IMG/VR virus record: IMGVR_UViG_3300042881_004206
Length of the DNA stretch: 64,000 nt
Source: a virus
Lineage: Duplodnaviria > Caudoviricetes
Reading direction: 5' to 3' (one strand)
Positions 43,342-53,623 of this stretch are shown here, piece by piece. The notes below the pieces were generated by a model. The model had not been told where the DNA came from and searched no databases. It saw only the letters and a list, made by a program, of their open reading frames with translations. Every line of letters starts with the position of its first letter. The stretch's first letter is position 1. Made by a program: the position numbers and the translations under genes.

Positions 43342-43935
43342 ATGCAGTATTTCGATTCACTACCTAAATTATATACAATAACCCCTAGAGGTACCAGCGT
43401 TCTGACTAATATAATGGCCAGAGCCAGTATTATACAATCAGTACTTAATAATCCTTTATTATATTACACTTATGATATACAAGATAGTGATACACCAGAA
43501 ATTGTTGCACATAAGTATTATGGATCATCTTATTATTATTGGGTGTTAATGTACACAAATCAATTAACTGATCCTTTGTGGGACTGGCCACTAAGTAGAA
43601 GAAATTTTGATGCATATATTGAACAAAAATATACACAATTTGATCCATATACAACAACACATCATTATGAAAAAATTATAACTCAAGTTGATGCTGGTAC
43701 TAATACAACTACAGAAAATATTGTCAATATTTCTCTAATTGATTATATTGTTTTACAAGAAACAACTACAACATATTCTTTACCCACAGGACAAGTTACT
43801 GTGTCGGTAACAAAAAAAGCTGTTTCGTATTATGAATATGAATTAAATTTAAATGAATCGAAAAGAACAATAAAAATATTGAACAAATCTTATCTCGGTC
43901 AATTTGAAGATGAATTAAAAAGATTGATGCTTTAA
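43342..43935 (+). CDS. 53: Baseplate wedge protein gp53 (LysM-like)
   Basis: YF...P, Y.IQD.DTPEIVAHKYYG...YYWV.M..N...DP..DWP. Confidence 0.9.
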   Translation: MQYFDSLPKLYTITPRGTSVLTNIMARASIIQSVLNNPLLYYTYDIQDSDTPEIVAHKYYGSSYYYWVLMYTNQLTDPLWDWPLSRRNFDAYIEQKYTQFDPYTTTHHYEKIITQVDAGTNTTTENIVNISLIDYIVLQETTTTYSLPTGQVTVSVTKKAVSYYEYELNLNESKRTIKILNKSYLGQFEDELKRLML

Positions 43936-43938
43936 AAT

Positions 43939-45378
43939 ATGGAAATAGAAAATAATTTTAGTCAACCCGAAACACCAAATGGTGCATATTATCAACAAGA
44001 CTTTGATTTAGAGTCTGTAGATATTCTCACCAATTCGGGTGAAAATATAAAATTAAAAAATTTGGTAACAGAATTGTCTTTTTTTGAAGACATTTATTCT
44101 TTTTCTGTTTCTGGATATGTTATTTTTAGAGATGCCATAGGTTTAATTGAAAAATTGTCACTTGACGGTAATGAATTTATACAAATAACATACGGCAAAA
44201 CAAAAACTCAAAGAGAAGAAAATAAAAATAAAAGAAAATATCGTGTTTATAAAGTTGGTGATAGAAGACCAATTGGTAATCACACAAGTGAATTTTTTAC
44301 ATTATTTTTCTGTTCTGAAGCTCTGATGTTATCGGAACAAATAAAAATTAGAAAATCATATCCTAAAAGACAAATTTCAACAATAAAGGGCACAAGAGAG
44401 GGTATCATTAATGATATTCTCTATAATCAATTGAGAGTGCCAGAAAATCGAATTGTTAGACTAGAAGAATCGTATGGTGTATATGATTTTGTTGTTCCCA
44501 CATTGAAACCATTTGAAGCTATCAGTTGGTTATCGACATATGCAAGACCAAAGGACACTCAAATTGGTGCCGATATGTTATTTTTCGAAACAAATGATGG
44601 TTATTATTTTAGGTCTCTACAATCAATGTATAGAGATATACCATACAAAACATATAAGTTTCAACCAAAGAATGTGGATCCCAACACTGAGCCCGGTGAA
44701 TTTGAAAACGGGTTTGTTACGGTTTTAGATATACAATTTCTGAAAACTTTTGATGTATTAAATGAGACAAGCTCGGGAACTTATGCTAACAAATTAATAA
44801 CAATTGATCCTTTAACAAAGAGTTTCAGAGTCACAAATTATAGTTACGAAAAAGATTATTTGTTGAATAATGGAAAAAATAAACCATCCACATTAAATGA
44901 AAATCCTCCTTTGGGACCAGGCAAGAATAGATTGGGAACACCACAGACAGCAGCGTATGATTCAACTGTAAAAGTCGCTTTTAGTAATGCCAATCAGTCT
45001 TTTGCACCATTTATTAAGGATGCAGAAGGTAGTGTTGCACAAGATATTTTTGTGGAAACATATGTGCCATACAGAACTGCACAAATTTCACTTGCAAATT
45101 ATACGGTTTTAAAAATTTTGATTCCTGGTGATAGTGCAATTACAGCAGGCAGAACAATCAATTTAAATCTGTATTCTCTTGCAACAGATGAAAATAATAT
45201 GAGAAAATTGGATAATTATTTTTCGGGTAAATACTTGGTGACAGCTGTAAGACATATCATGCAGTCAACAGGCGCGTATCAAACAATATTAGAAATTGCA
45301 AAAGAAAGTTCCAAAAAACGAATTTCTTCTCCAAATTTATCATCTTCAACATATCAAAAAGAACTGCAAGAATCATGA
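43939..45378 (+). CDS. Putative baseplate hub protein (gp27-like position)
   Basis: Lies between gp53 and gp5; FFET..GY.FRSL and SGKYLVTAVRH are typical of gp27/VgrG-hub folds. Confidence 0.7.
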   Translation: MEIENNFSQPETPNGAYYQQDFDLESVDILTNSGENIKLKNLVTELSFFEDIYSFSVSGYVIFRDAIGLIEKLSLDGNEFIQITYGKTKTQREENKNKRKYRVYKVGDRRPIGNHTSEFFTLFFCSEALMLSEQIKIRKSYPKRQISTIKGTREGIINDILYNQLRVPENRIVRLEESYGVYDFVVPTLKPFEAISWLSTYARPKDTQIGADMLFFETNDGYYFRSLQSMYRDIPYKTYKFQPKNVDPNTEPGEFENGFVTVLDIQFLKTFDVLNETSSGTYANKLITIDPLTKSFRVTNYSYEKDYLLNNGKNKPSTLNENPPLGPGKNRLGTPQTAAYDSTVKVAFSNANQSFAPFIKDAEGSVAQDIFVETYVPYRTAQISLANYTVLKILIPGDSAITAGRTINLNLYSLATDENNMRKLDNYFSGKYLVTAVRHIMQSTGAYQTILEIAKESSKKRISSPNLSSSTYQKELQES

Positions 45379-46541
45379 ACAACTTTATAGGTAAAGACGG
45401 TTTTTATTGGTGGGTTGGTGTTGTCGAAGATAACAAGAGCGATCCACTTGGTTTAGGTCGTTGTAAAGTCAGAATTTTTGGTTGGCATACTGAGAATTTA
45501 TTGGAAATGCCGACCGAAGATTTGCCATGGGCTCAGGTTTTACTATCACCTTCAGCAGCATTGTCGGCAACTACAGTGCGTGAAGGTGATTATGTTGTTG
45601 GTTTTTTCCAAGACGGAATGTCGGCTCAAGCACCAGTAATTTTTGGTATATACAACGGTGTCGAAACACAAGAACCTGATACATCTAAAGGTTTTTCACC
45701 ACAAGTTGACAAACAAGAAGTTCCTGTGCCACCAGAGGGTGTGGTGGATAGAAAGGTCGGTGAACCAAACACACCAAGACCATATAGAGGTGTAATTGTC
45801 GACACCATGATATCAAAATCAAATGCAAATTTGGCTCACGCTTGCGGATTTAAATTTAATCTGAATATCAATGTTGACCTTGGATTAGGAACAATCACAG
45901 CAGTCAAAAGATTAGCGACAGCGCTCCAGAGAGGTATACGTGACGGCAAAAAAGGTTTTGCAAATGTTGTCAGAGCTCAGATGGGAAAAATTGTTTCGAC
46001 CTTGAGAAAGGGTTTAGATGCAATCGTGAAAGCTGTTGGTATTGCCGATGTTACTGGTGTTGTGTCTATTTCATTTTCAGCAGTAAAGGATATTGTCAGT
46101 CAGCTGAATTCATTACTGTCTCAGGCAGCAGATATGCTTTACAATGTTGGTTTGGCTTTAGGTGTTGTGCAGGGCATACAAGAATTTATTAAGTGGATTG
46201 GAACACTACCACAAAATATAAAGAATATTTTTATGAACTGTTTGAGTAATTTCACAAGATCGGTACAAAATCTCACAAATGACTTAAATGCGTTACCGAA
46301 ACAACTGGAAACGAGCATTGGTTCACAATTTAATTCGTTTACCGATAGCTTAAATTCTTCAATAAATACAATTCGTGGCGAATCAACAGCAGCTTCAAGT
46401 TCACAATCGCAAACGATGACGAAATTGATAAATGGTGATTCCAGCACCAAAACTTTAAACGAATTGAGTACAATGTTGAAACCTAAGAGTAATCAAGAAA
46501 TATTATCTGAAGTCACGCAGTCTTCGCTACAAAGGCCATAA
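45375..46541 (+). CDS. 5: gp5 N-terminal (OB-fold) part with helical C-extension; no lysozyme
   Basis: WWVGVVED...DPL.LGRCKVRIFG.H...LP.EDLPWA...VVGFF.DG..AQ.P. Confidence 0.88.
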   Translation: MNNFIGKDGFYWWVGVVEDNKSDPLGLGRCKVRIFGWHTENLLEMPTEDLPWAQVLLSPSAALSATTVREGDYVVGFFQDGMSAQAPVIFGIYNGVETQEPDTSKGFSPQVDKQEVPVPPEGVVDRKVGEPNTPRPYRGVIVDTMISKSNANLAHACGFKFNLNINVDLGLGTITAVKRLATALQRGIRDGKKGFANVVRAQMGKIVSTLRKGLDAIVKAVGIADVTGVVSISFSAVKDIVSQLNSLLSQAADMLYNVGLALGVVQGIQEFIKWIGTLPQNIKNIFMNCLSNFTRSVQNLTNDLNALPKQLETSIGSQFNSFTDSLNSSINTIRGESTAASSSQSQTMTKLINGDSSTKTLNELSTMLKPKSNQEILSEVTQSSLQRP

Positions 46542-46543
46542 TT

Positions 46544-47386
46544 ATGTCTAATGCACCAATGGGTTTTGATGGTTTTGTGGAACCAGTTTCTGCTGCTAAC
46601 ACAGATTATCAACCACAATATCCTTATAATAATATTACACAAACCAGAAGTGGACATAGTTTTGAACTGGATGATACGCCAACCAGAGAAAGAATTCGTT
46701 TGCAACACCGTTCTGGTACATTTACTGAAATGCACCCAAACGGCGACCAAGTTTGTAAAATATTTGGTAATGGTTATACAATCACATTAGGCGATCATAA
46801 TGTTTTGATTGGTGTTGACGGACAATCAAACAATAAATTAAACATCACAGTAAATGGTGATGTGAATTTAAATGTCAAGGGTGATTTTAATCAAGAGGTT
46901 GACGGCAATTATAACTTACATGTAAAAGGTAATTACACACAAACTGTCGACCAAATAACTGATATTGCATCTGTTGGCGACATGAGAGTGTCTGCTGGTG
47001 GATTTGCAGGTGGTGCTCTACGAATCAATCCAGGCGATGAGGTTCGTATTGAAGGCGACCTTAGAGTTAGTGGTGAAGTTAGAGCTACACTTATTAATTC
47101 ATCCACAAGAGTTAACGCACAAACTGGAATGACTGCTGGCGTACAAGGTATTGTTAGTTTGGGAGGTGTTTCAGTCGGTAGTCCAACTCCTCCTATTCCA
47201 GGTACAGTTTTGGCTACTGCTTCGGTAATTGCACCGCTTTTATATGGAACTTCGATGACATACGGCAGTGTTATTATGGATCCTACTGGTGGATTACCAA
47301 TGGTACGAACATTGTTCAATAGTCATAGACATATTGCACCAAATGGTCCAACATCAGGACCACTACCTTTAATGCCCTTACCATGA
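46544..47386 (+). CDS. gp5 C-terminal beta-helix spike with HxH tip
   Basis: YPYN..T.SGH.FE.DDTP..ERIR..H.SGT..EM.P.G; V.G.. repeats; C-terminal SHRH. Confidence 0.85.
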   Translation: MSNAPMGFDGFVEPVSAANTDYQPQYPYNNITQTRSGHSFELDDTPTRERIRLQHRSGTFTEMHPNGDQVCKIFGNGYTITLGDHNVLIGVDGQSNNKLNITVNGDVNLNVKGDFNQEVDGNYNLHVKGNYTQTVDQITDIASVGDMRVSAGGFAGGALRINPGDEVRIEGDLRVSGEVRATLINSSTRVNAQTGMTAGVQGIVSLGGVSVGSPTPPIPGTVLATASVIAPLLYGTSMTYGSVIMDPTGGLPMVRTLFNSHRHIAPNGPTSGPLPLMPLP

Positions 47387-47396
47387 TGGAGTTGAG

Positions 47397-48203
47397 ATGA
47401 CTACGATATATGAAAGACTGAATATTACCTTTACAAACTTCGGAGAAGCGTCAAACCTTTCTCCTGGTGCAGCAAATTCACTGACTTTTATTGCCGAGAA
47501 TACTCCACCACTATCTGATTGGCAAAAATCAGACTTGGCCAATGGAAATATACAAAAAACAAATTATTTCCAGAATCCTATGGCCAATAATGTTGCAACA
47601 ATTACTGCAAACACAACAATCATCATAAATTCAGGCAACTTAGTCGGTGACACCGAAATGGTAAGCATCGGTCAAGCATTGAATGCTGAACTACAACTTT
47701 ACAAAAAACACACAGATAATATTTCCGGTGTTACAATTGTAAACAGTGCGAACGTGCCAGCTTATGATACTGCATCTTCAGTGGGTCAACAAATTATGAT
47801 GATTTTGGCTAAAACGGATGGTATGGTTTCGGTACAAAACACCGCACCAATCTTGGGTGCATTCACAAGTCTGTTTATTCGTGATGAGATGAAAGCCAAT
47901 AATGATAAAATTGCGTATTATGCAAATATCTACTTTTCCAATACGCAACCTTATGGTGAAGGTTATACCAACCTACTTCCACCAGAAGAAATCGCAAACA
48001 TTAAGAGTTACCTACAAAACACAACATCCCAATTGTATACAAGAAGAACAGAAGATGTCGCTTTCTATCTGAATGCGGCTCAAGTCATGCAGGATTATGG
48101 CTATTTGCAACAATTTTCGAACGCAGGTGGTACAAATACTTATTTAATGAAAAATGTGGTGGGTACGCCAAGACTTGCAAACAATTTAAGTTCAAATACA
48201 TGA
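47397..48203 (+). CDS. Hypothetical structural protein
   Basis: In the late operon between gp5 and gp25. Confidence 0.7.
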   Translation: MTTIYERLNITFTNFGEASNLSPGAANSLTFIAENTPPLSDWQKSDLANGNIQKTNYFQNPMANNVATITANTTIIINSGNLVGDTEMVSIGQALNAELQLYKKHTDNISGVTIVNSANVPAYDTASSVGQQIMMILAKTDGMVSVQNTAPILGAFTSLFIRDEMKANNDKIAYYANIYFSNTQPYGEGYTNLLPPEEIANIKSYLQNTTSQLYTRRTEDVAFYLNAAQVMQDYGYLQQFSNAGGTNTYLMKNVVGTPRLANNLSSNT

Positions 48204-48289
48204 TTTTCCAAAAATTCGAATTTTTATGTTCCGGCCCGAGAATTTTTTCCACGCAAGCTCAAAATCCAAAATAGCGTTTTACTCCTAGA

Positions 48290-48297
48290 GATAAATA
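48290..48297 (+). promoter_or_regulatory. Late promoter GATAAATA for gp25
   Basis: TAAATA core directly upstream of ATG. Confidence 0.7.
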
Positions 48298-48301
48298 AAA
48301 G

Positions 48302-48694
48302 ATGGCAACTTTAAATAAAATATACTCAGACATAGATTTTACCTTCACCAAGAAACCGGTGTTAGGTGATATTGCTTTGAGTTATGATAATCAAGCGGTC
48401 ATTCGATCTATACGAAACTTATTGTCGACCAAATTTTATGAGAGGCCTTTTAATCCGAGTTTAGGTTCCAATATAGATTCTTTACTATTTGAACCTATTT
48501 CTCCGATGACGACAAGTGCAATTGAACAAAACATAAAACAGACAATCGAAAATTATGAGCCTAGAGCCATATTGAAAAGTGTGGTTGCAGAGCCTGATGA
48601 AGAAAACAATGCATATAATGTAACAATTACTTTCTTCCTACAAAATGCGACACAACCAACAACAGTAACACTTTTTTTAGAGAGAAATAGATAA
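48302..48694 (+). CDS. 25: Baseplate wedge subunit gp25
   Basis: YSDID..F...P...D......A...SI.NLL.T...ERPF.P..GS.I..LLFE...I.NYEPR. Confidence 0.93.
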   Translation: MATLNKIYSDIDFTFTKKPVLGDIALSYDNQAVIRSIRNLLSTKFYERPFNPSLGSNIDSLLFEPISPMTTSAIEQNIKQTIENYEPRAILKSVVAEPDEENNAYNVTITFFLQNATQPTTVTLFLERNR

Positions 48695-48695
48695 A

Positions 48696-50774
48696 ATGGC
48701 AGGTGCAAATTCTAATATCCAAATGACAGATTTGGATTTCAATAACATTAAGAATAACCTAAAAACATTTTTACAGTCACAGGATATTCTGAAAGACTAC
48801 AATTACGAAGGTTCTGCACTTTCGACTTTATTGGATATTCTTGCTTATAACACGCAATATAATGCATACTATCTCAATATGGTTGCAAATGAAATGTTTT
48901 TGGACACGGCATTACAAAGAGATTCTGTAGTTTCACTTGCAAAATTATTGAATTATGTTCCAAAATCTGCAACAGCACCACAGGCAACAGTAAATTTTAG
49001 AGTTAATCAAGTTTCTGATTCTACTTTGTCTTTACCCAAGTTCACACCATTTTTATCGGAAGCTATTGATGGAGTAAATTATAACTTTGTTGCGGCCGAC
49101 ACATATACAACATCGGTTTCTGCAAATACGGCTGTATTTAATAATGTGATACTGAAACAAGGAATTCGATCTTCAGTATCATATGTCGTCAATTCAGTAC
49201 AAAATCCAAAATATATTTTTCAAATACCAAATGAGAATGTTGACATAAGCACACTATCGGTTATTGTTGCTCAAGCATCACCTGACCCTTCATCGAATGT
49301 CTACACTCGTGCCACAAATTATCTGTCATTAGATTCAACTTCTACTGTTTACTTTTTACAAGAAGGTAAAGGTGGAAAATATGAAATATATTTTGGTGAT
49401 GATGTATTGGGTAAAAAATTAGTAGATGGCCAATCTGTTTTCATGGAATATCTTGTAACACAAGGTGTCTCTGCGACTGGTGCAAATAATTTTACATTGA
49501 TGGGTAATATATCCGGATATGCAAATACATCCGTACAACCTTTAGTTGCTGCCACTCAAGGCTCTGAAAAAGAATCGTTGGATTCCATTAAATTTCAAGC
49601 ACCAAAGTCATATTCCGCACAGGGGCGTGCTGTCACTAAAGAAGATTATATAACGGCAATTAAACAAAATAATTTAGGTTATGCTGTGGACGCAGTGAGT
49701 GTGTGGGGCGGAGAAGAAAATGATCCTCCAGTTTTCGGGCAAGCATTTATTGCAATTAAACCTTCTGGTGGTTATTTACTGACAGACACACAAAAAGAAA
49801 GATTGATACAAGATGTTATCAAACCTATTTCTGTGGTAACTGTTGAACCCACAATTGTAGATCCTGACTATACATATATCAATGTCACATCAAATGTTTT
49901 GTATGATCCTAAGAAGACAAGTAGATCATCTCAACAGTTACAATCTTTGGTGAAAAACGCAATCTATAATTTTGGTAACACAACATTAAATAGTTTTAAT
50001 TCAACTTTTGTACAGTCCGATCTGATCAATTTGATAAAAAATATAGACTATTCAATTATTGCATGTGAGATTTCAGTAGATGTACAAAAGAAGTTTTTAC
50101 CAAATTTAACCACACCAACAACTTATAAGTTATATTATGGTTCTCCTTTGTCGAAAGGTATTTTCTCCAGTAGTGTTAGGAGCAATCCATCGATGCAATA
50201 CAGAAATCCTGAAAATGCATCACTTGTAATTGATGGTGTGTATTTGGAAGAAGAACCTTCACCAACAGCCGGTTTATCGTCTGTTCAGATTACAAATCCT
50301 GGTTTTGGTTATCAGAGTACACCAACAGTTACAATTTATGGTGATGGTACAGGCGCAACAGCTATGGCAGTACTGAGTACAAGTGGAAGTATCAGAGAAA
50401 TTAAAGTTACAAACGCAGGTTCAGGATATACCAGTGCGGTTGTTGTCGTAACGCCGGCAGCTGGTGACACCACAGGACAACTATGTTCTGCTGTGGCTGT
50501 TTTAGAAGGTCAGTTTGGAAATCTAAGACTATATTATAACAATGTGAATACCGGAAAATCTTTCATCACCAAAAATGCTGGCACAATTGATTATGTGAAT
50601 GGTGTAATTACATTGGATTCTTTTAATCCATTATCAATAAATGATCCTTTGGGTCAATTGACTGTAACCGCAAAACCAACCACATCAATTATTTCGTCTA
50701 CATATAATCGCATAATTACAATAGATCAATTCGATCCAACATCTGTAGTCGTTAATATTTCTGCCAAGTCATGA
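48696..50774 (+). CDS. 6: Baseplate wedge subunit gp6
   Basis: LDF..IK.NLK.FL..Q..LKDYNYEGS.LS.LLD.LAYNT.YNA...E.FLD.A...RAVT..DY. Confidence 0.93.
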   Translation: MAGANSNIQMTDLDFNNIKNNLKTFLQSQDILKDYNYEGSALSTLLDILAYNTQYNAYYLNMVANEMFLDTALQRDSVVSLAKLLNYVPKSATAPQATVNFRVNQVSDSTLSLPKFTPFLSEAIDGVNYNFVAADTYTTSVSANTAVFNNVILKQGIRSSVSYVVNSVQNPKYIFQIPNENVDISTLSVIVAQASPDPSSNVYTRATNYLSLDSTSTVYFLQEGKGGKYEIYFGDDVLGKKLVDGQSVFMEYLVTQGVSATGANNFTLMGNISGYANTSVQPLVAATQGSEKESLDSIKFQAPKSYSAQGRAVTKEDYITAIKQNNLGYAVDAVSVWGGEENDPPVFGQAFIAIKPSGGYLLTDTQKERLIQDVIKPISVVTVEPTIVDPDYTYINVTSNVLYDPKKTSRSSQQLQSLVKNAIYNFGNTTLNSFNSTFVQSDLINLIKNIDYSIIACEISVDVQKKFLPNLTTPTTYKLYYGSPLSKGIFSSSVRSNPSMQYRNPENASLVIDGVYLEEEPSPTAGLSSVQITNPGFGYQSTPTVTIYGDGTGATAMAVLSTSGSIREIKVTNAGSGYTSAVVVVTPAAGDTTGQLCSAVAVLEGQFGNLRLYYNNVNTGKSFITKNAGTIDYVNGVITLDSFNPLSINDPLGQLTVTAKPTTSIISSTYNRIITIDQFDPTSVVVNISAKS

Positions 50775-53620
50775 TTGATAATTTTCAAAAAAATTCCATA
50801 TTAATACCTGAACAACTTCCCGAATTTATTCGGGATAATCCAGAGTATTCCAATTTCGTATTGTTTATAAAAGCATATTATGAATGGATGGAACAAAATG
50901 GTCAGGTAACTGAACGCACCAGAAATCTTTTAAATTATCGTGACATAGACAAGACTACATCAGAATTTATTGATTACTATATCAATGACTTTTTGCCATA
51001 TTTTCCAAAAGATATATTGGTAGATGAAGACAAAGCTGTCAAGTTAGCCCGACAACTGTATCAGTCAAAAGGAACACCCGCATCTTACGCTTTTTTGTTT
51101 AAAGTTTTATATAATTCTGATTTTGATATTTTTTACAATAAAGAAGCAGTTCTGAAACCATCCGATGGTGTTTGGTATATTGCAAAAAGTCTTAGACTAG
51201 GTACAACAGACGATAATTTCACCAAAGTAGATAATCTCAGACTTTTTGGTGAATCGTCCAAGTCAATTGCAACCATAGAAAACTCTATACAAGCAAAAGA
51301 CAAAACAGAAGTTTTCATTTCTAACATTCAAAGATTGTTTGAGTCTGGTGAATTTGTCAGAGTAGTTGACAATCAAAACAGAGATGTTTTATTCAATGGT
51401 CAACCACTTAGAGCCAAAATTTTAGGTCAATTAAGTCAGATACTGGTTGATCCTAAGAAAAGAGGTCTGTTATATCAAGTTGGCGATCCAGTTGTTGTAT
51501 TTGGTGGATTGAATTCAAATACTGGTATCGGTGCTATTGCTGAAGTTTCAGAAACAACAACAGGTTCCGTTAAAAGTGTTTCTGTTTTAGAAGGCGGGCA
51601 AGGTTATGTTTCACTAACCAGCACACCAACAGTTCCACCAAATACACAAATAGTTTTCGAAAATCTAAACAGTGGTGCAGCTTCACCGGTTGCAGTTGTT
51701 GCTTCTGTTGATCCAGATCAGGCATCAAATGTAGCTTTAGTTGCAACAGATTCGATTGAATTAAAAGCAGGAATACCAATAGGCAATGCATACTACAATT
51801 TTGCGGCAAATTTAAATGCAAATGTAAGTTGTACACTAGCTAATGCACTTTCTTTCATAACATATTCTACGGGCCCAATAACATCTGTTATTGTAACCAA
51901 TTCTGGTGGTGGTATTTCAACCATACCTGATGTTGTTGCAAGATCAATGTACCCCAATGACATTTTAGGTGGATCGAATCTGAAGAACTTGGGCATCTTA
52001 GGGCCAATTAAAATTTTAAATGGTGGCCGAGGATATCAAAACAATGATACAATTGTGTTTACTGGTGGCACAGGATATGGTGCATACGCAAAAGTAAATG
52101 GCGTAAATGCAACTGGATACATACAGTCCGTTGGTTATTATACTGTAGCAAACAGTTATTCACTTGGCGGTATGGGTTATCGTACCGAATATTTACCAGC
52201 ATTATCTGTTTCTTCAGCCAATGCAAATGCAACTGGCGCATTACTGGTTGTATCAGGAATATTAGGTGATGGCGCTGAATTTGGTGTTGTTGTCGACCGA
52301 GCAGGTTCTGTAACAAGAATTAAGATGACTGAATTTGGTGAAGATTACATTGCAACACCAAATGTTTCTCTGAGAGTACAAGACATTGTTGTTTCAAATG
52401 TTTCATTGTCAAACTTACCTGACAGAAATTCTATAGTCTACCAAGGTTCAAATGTTGCAACTTCTGCTTACATTTCTCGTTACGATTCGGTATCTCTACT
52501 TGCACCAGATGCGGATTCATCCAAATCATTATATCGTCTAAGAGTTTATAACTATAATTCTTCTCCCAACACACAACTCAATTTATCAGTTCAAGACAAA
52601 AATATTAATTTTGTTATGGCAAACACGGCCTGGCTCGCACCTGGCCAGGTTTCATCAAACTATAACAGATTTGGTGTGAGAGTTTATGGTGATGGTACTG
52701 CAAGAGCGAATGCAACTTTCTTGAACGGTTTGACTTTAGGTGATGGCCAATGGTTAAATTCTCGCGGCCGTCTTTCTTCTTTCTCTAAGTTACAAAACGA
52801 AGATTACAACAATTACACATATCAAGTAACAGTAGAAAAAGAAATTACCAAATACAGAGAAGTATTGTTGGAGTTATTACATCCTATCGGTATGAAATTG
52901 ATAGGTCGTTACAGTAATAGAGACCAAAAAGATTATGATTTTCATCCACAAACAGCTTTAAAATTTGGAAGAAATTTATTCTCTTACACAGGAACAGCCG
53001 CTTCTGCGGTGCAAGTTTACGCTGATTGGACCAATAAGAGCAATAACATATTGAATTTTGTTAATATGAGTGGTGCTAATGTTGCAAATGTTGTATTTGC
53101 CAACAGTACAATATCTCTGAATAGTTTAACTGGTCCAGATTTTATCGCCGAAGTTGAATCAATTGATGGTGCAAATAACATAGTTGTTATGAAAAGCAAT
53201 GTTTGGTTAACTTTCCCAAATGTTGCTTATGTGAGTGCAAATGCCAACTCTAATGTAATAAATATCAGATCAGTGACAAATTCTTATAATATTGTTAATA
53301 ACGGAAATTATAGCAACACAATGTATCCGATGATGGATATTGTATTCACGGGTGATAATATAAGGATAGGTAATGTAGTTAAACAAGTTCAACAACTTGA
53401 TTTGGCCCGCAATAGAATTTTTGTTGCAAATAATTTCTCAACGAATGTATCGAATTCATTAATGTCCGTAAATAGAGTGTTAACAGCCGGCGGTCAGTTG
53501 TCGAGACAAGACGAAGTTATAATTTATGGTCCAGTTGGCACACAATACATACCAGAACTAATAACAGAATCGGGTGATACACTCACAACCGAAGACGGAA
53601 AAATTCTAATCTTGGGGTAA
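50771..53620 (+). CDS. Baseplate wedge protein (gp7-like)
   Basis: LY..KGT..SY.FLF..LY...I.Y; Q..DY.NYTYQV...L..LLHP.GM; follows gp6. Confidence 0.75.
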   Translation: MIDNFQKNSILIPEQLPEFIRDNPEYSNFVLFIKAYYEWMEQNGQVTERTRNLLNYRDIDKTTSEFIDYYINDFLPYFPKDILVDEDKAVKLARQLYQSKGTPASYAFLFKVLYNSDFDIFYNKEAVLKPSDGVWYIAKSLRLGTTDDNFTKVDNLRLFGESSKSIATIENSIQAKDKTEVFISNIQRLFESGEFVRVVDNQNRDVLFNGQPLRAKILGQLSQILVDPKKRGLLYQVGDPVVVFGGLNSNTGIGAIAEVSETTTGSVKSVSVLEGGQGYVSLTSTPTVPPNTQIVFENLNSGAASPVAVVASVDPDQASNVALVATDSIELKAGIPIGNAYYNFAANLNANVSCTLANALSFITYSTGPITSVIVTNSGGGISTIPDVVARSMYPNDILGGSNLKNLGILGPIKILNGGRGYQNNDTIVFTGGTGYGAYAKVNGVNATGYIQSVGYYTVANSYSLGGMGYRTEYLPALSVSSANANATGALLVVSGILGDGAEFGVVVDRAGSVTRIKMTEFGEDYIATPNVSLRVQDIVVSNVSLSNLPDRNSIVYQGSNVATSAYISRYDSVSLLAPDADSSKSLYRLRVYNYNSSPNTQLNLSVQDKNINFVMANTAWLAPGQVSSNYNRFGVRVYGDGTARANATFLNGLTLGDGQWLNSRGRLSSFSKLQNEDYNNYTYQVTVEKEITKYREVLLELLHPIGMKLIGRYSNRDQKDYDFHPQTALKFGRNLFSYTGTAASAVQVYADWTNKSNNILNFVNMSGANVANVVFANSTISLNSLTGPDFIAEVESIDGANNIVVMKSNVWLTFPNVAYVSANANSNVINIRSVTNSYNIVNNGNYSNTMYPMMDIVFTGDNIRIGNVVKQVQQLDLARNRIFVANNFSTNVSNSLMSVNRVLTAGGQLSRQDEVIIYGPVGTQYIPELITESGDTLTTEDGKILILG

Positions 53621-53623
53621 AAA

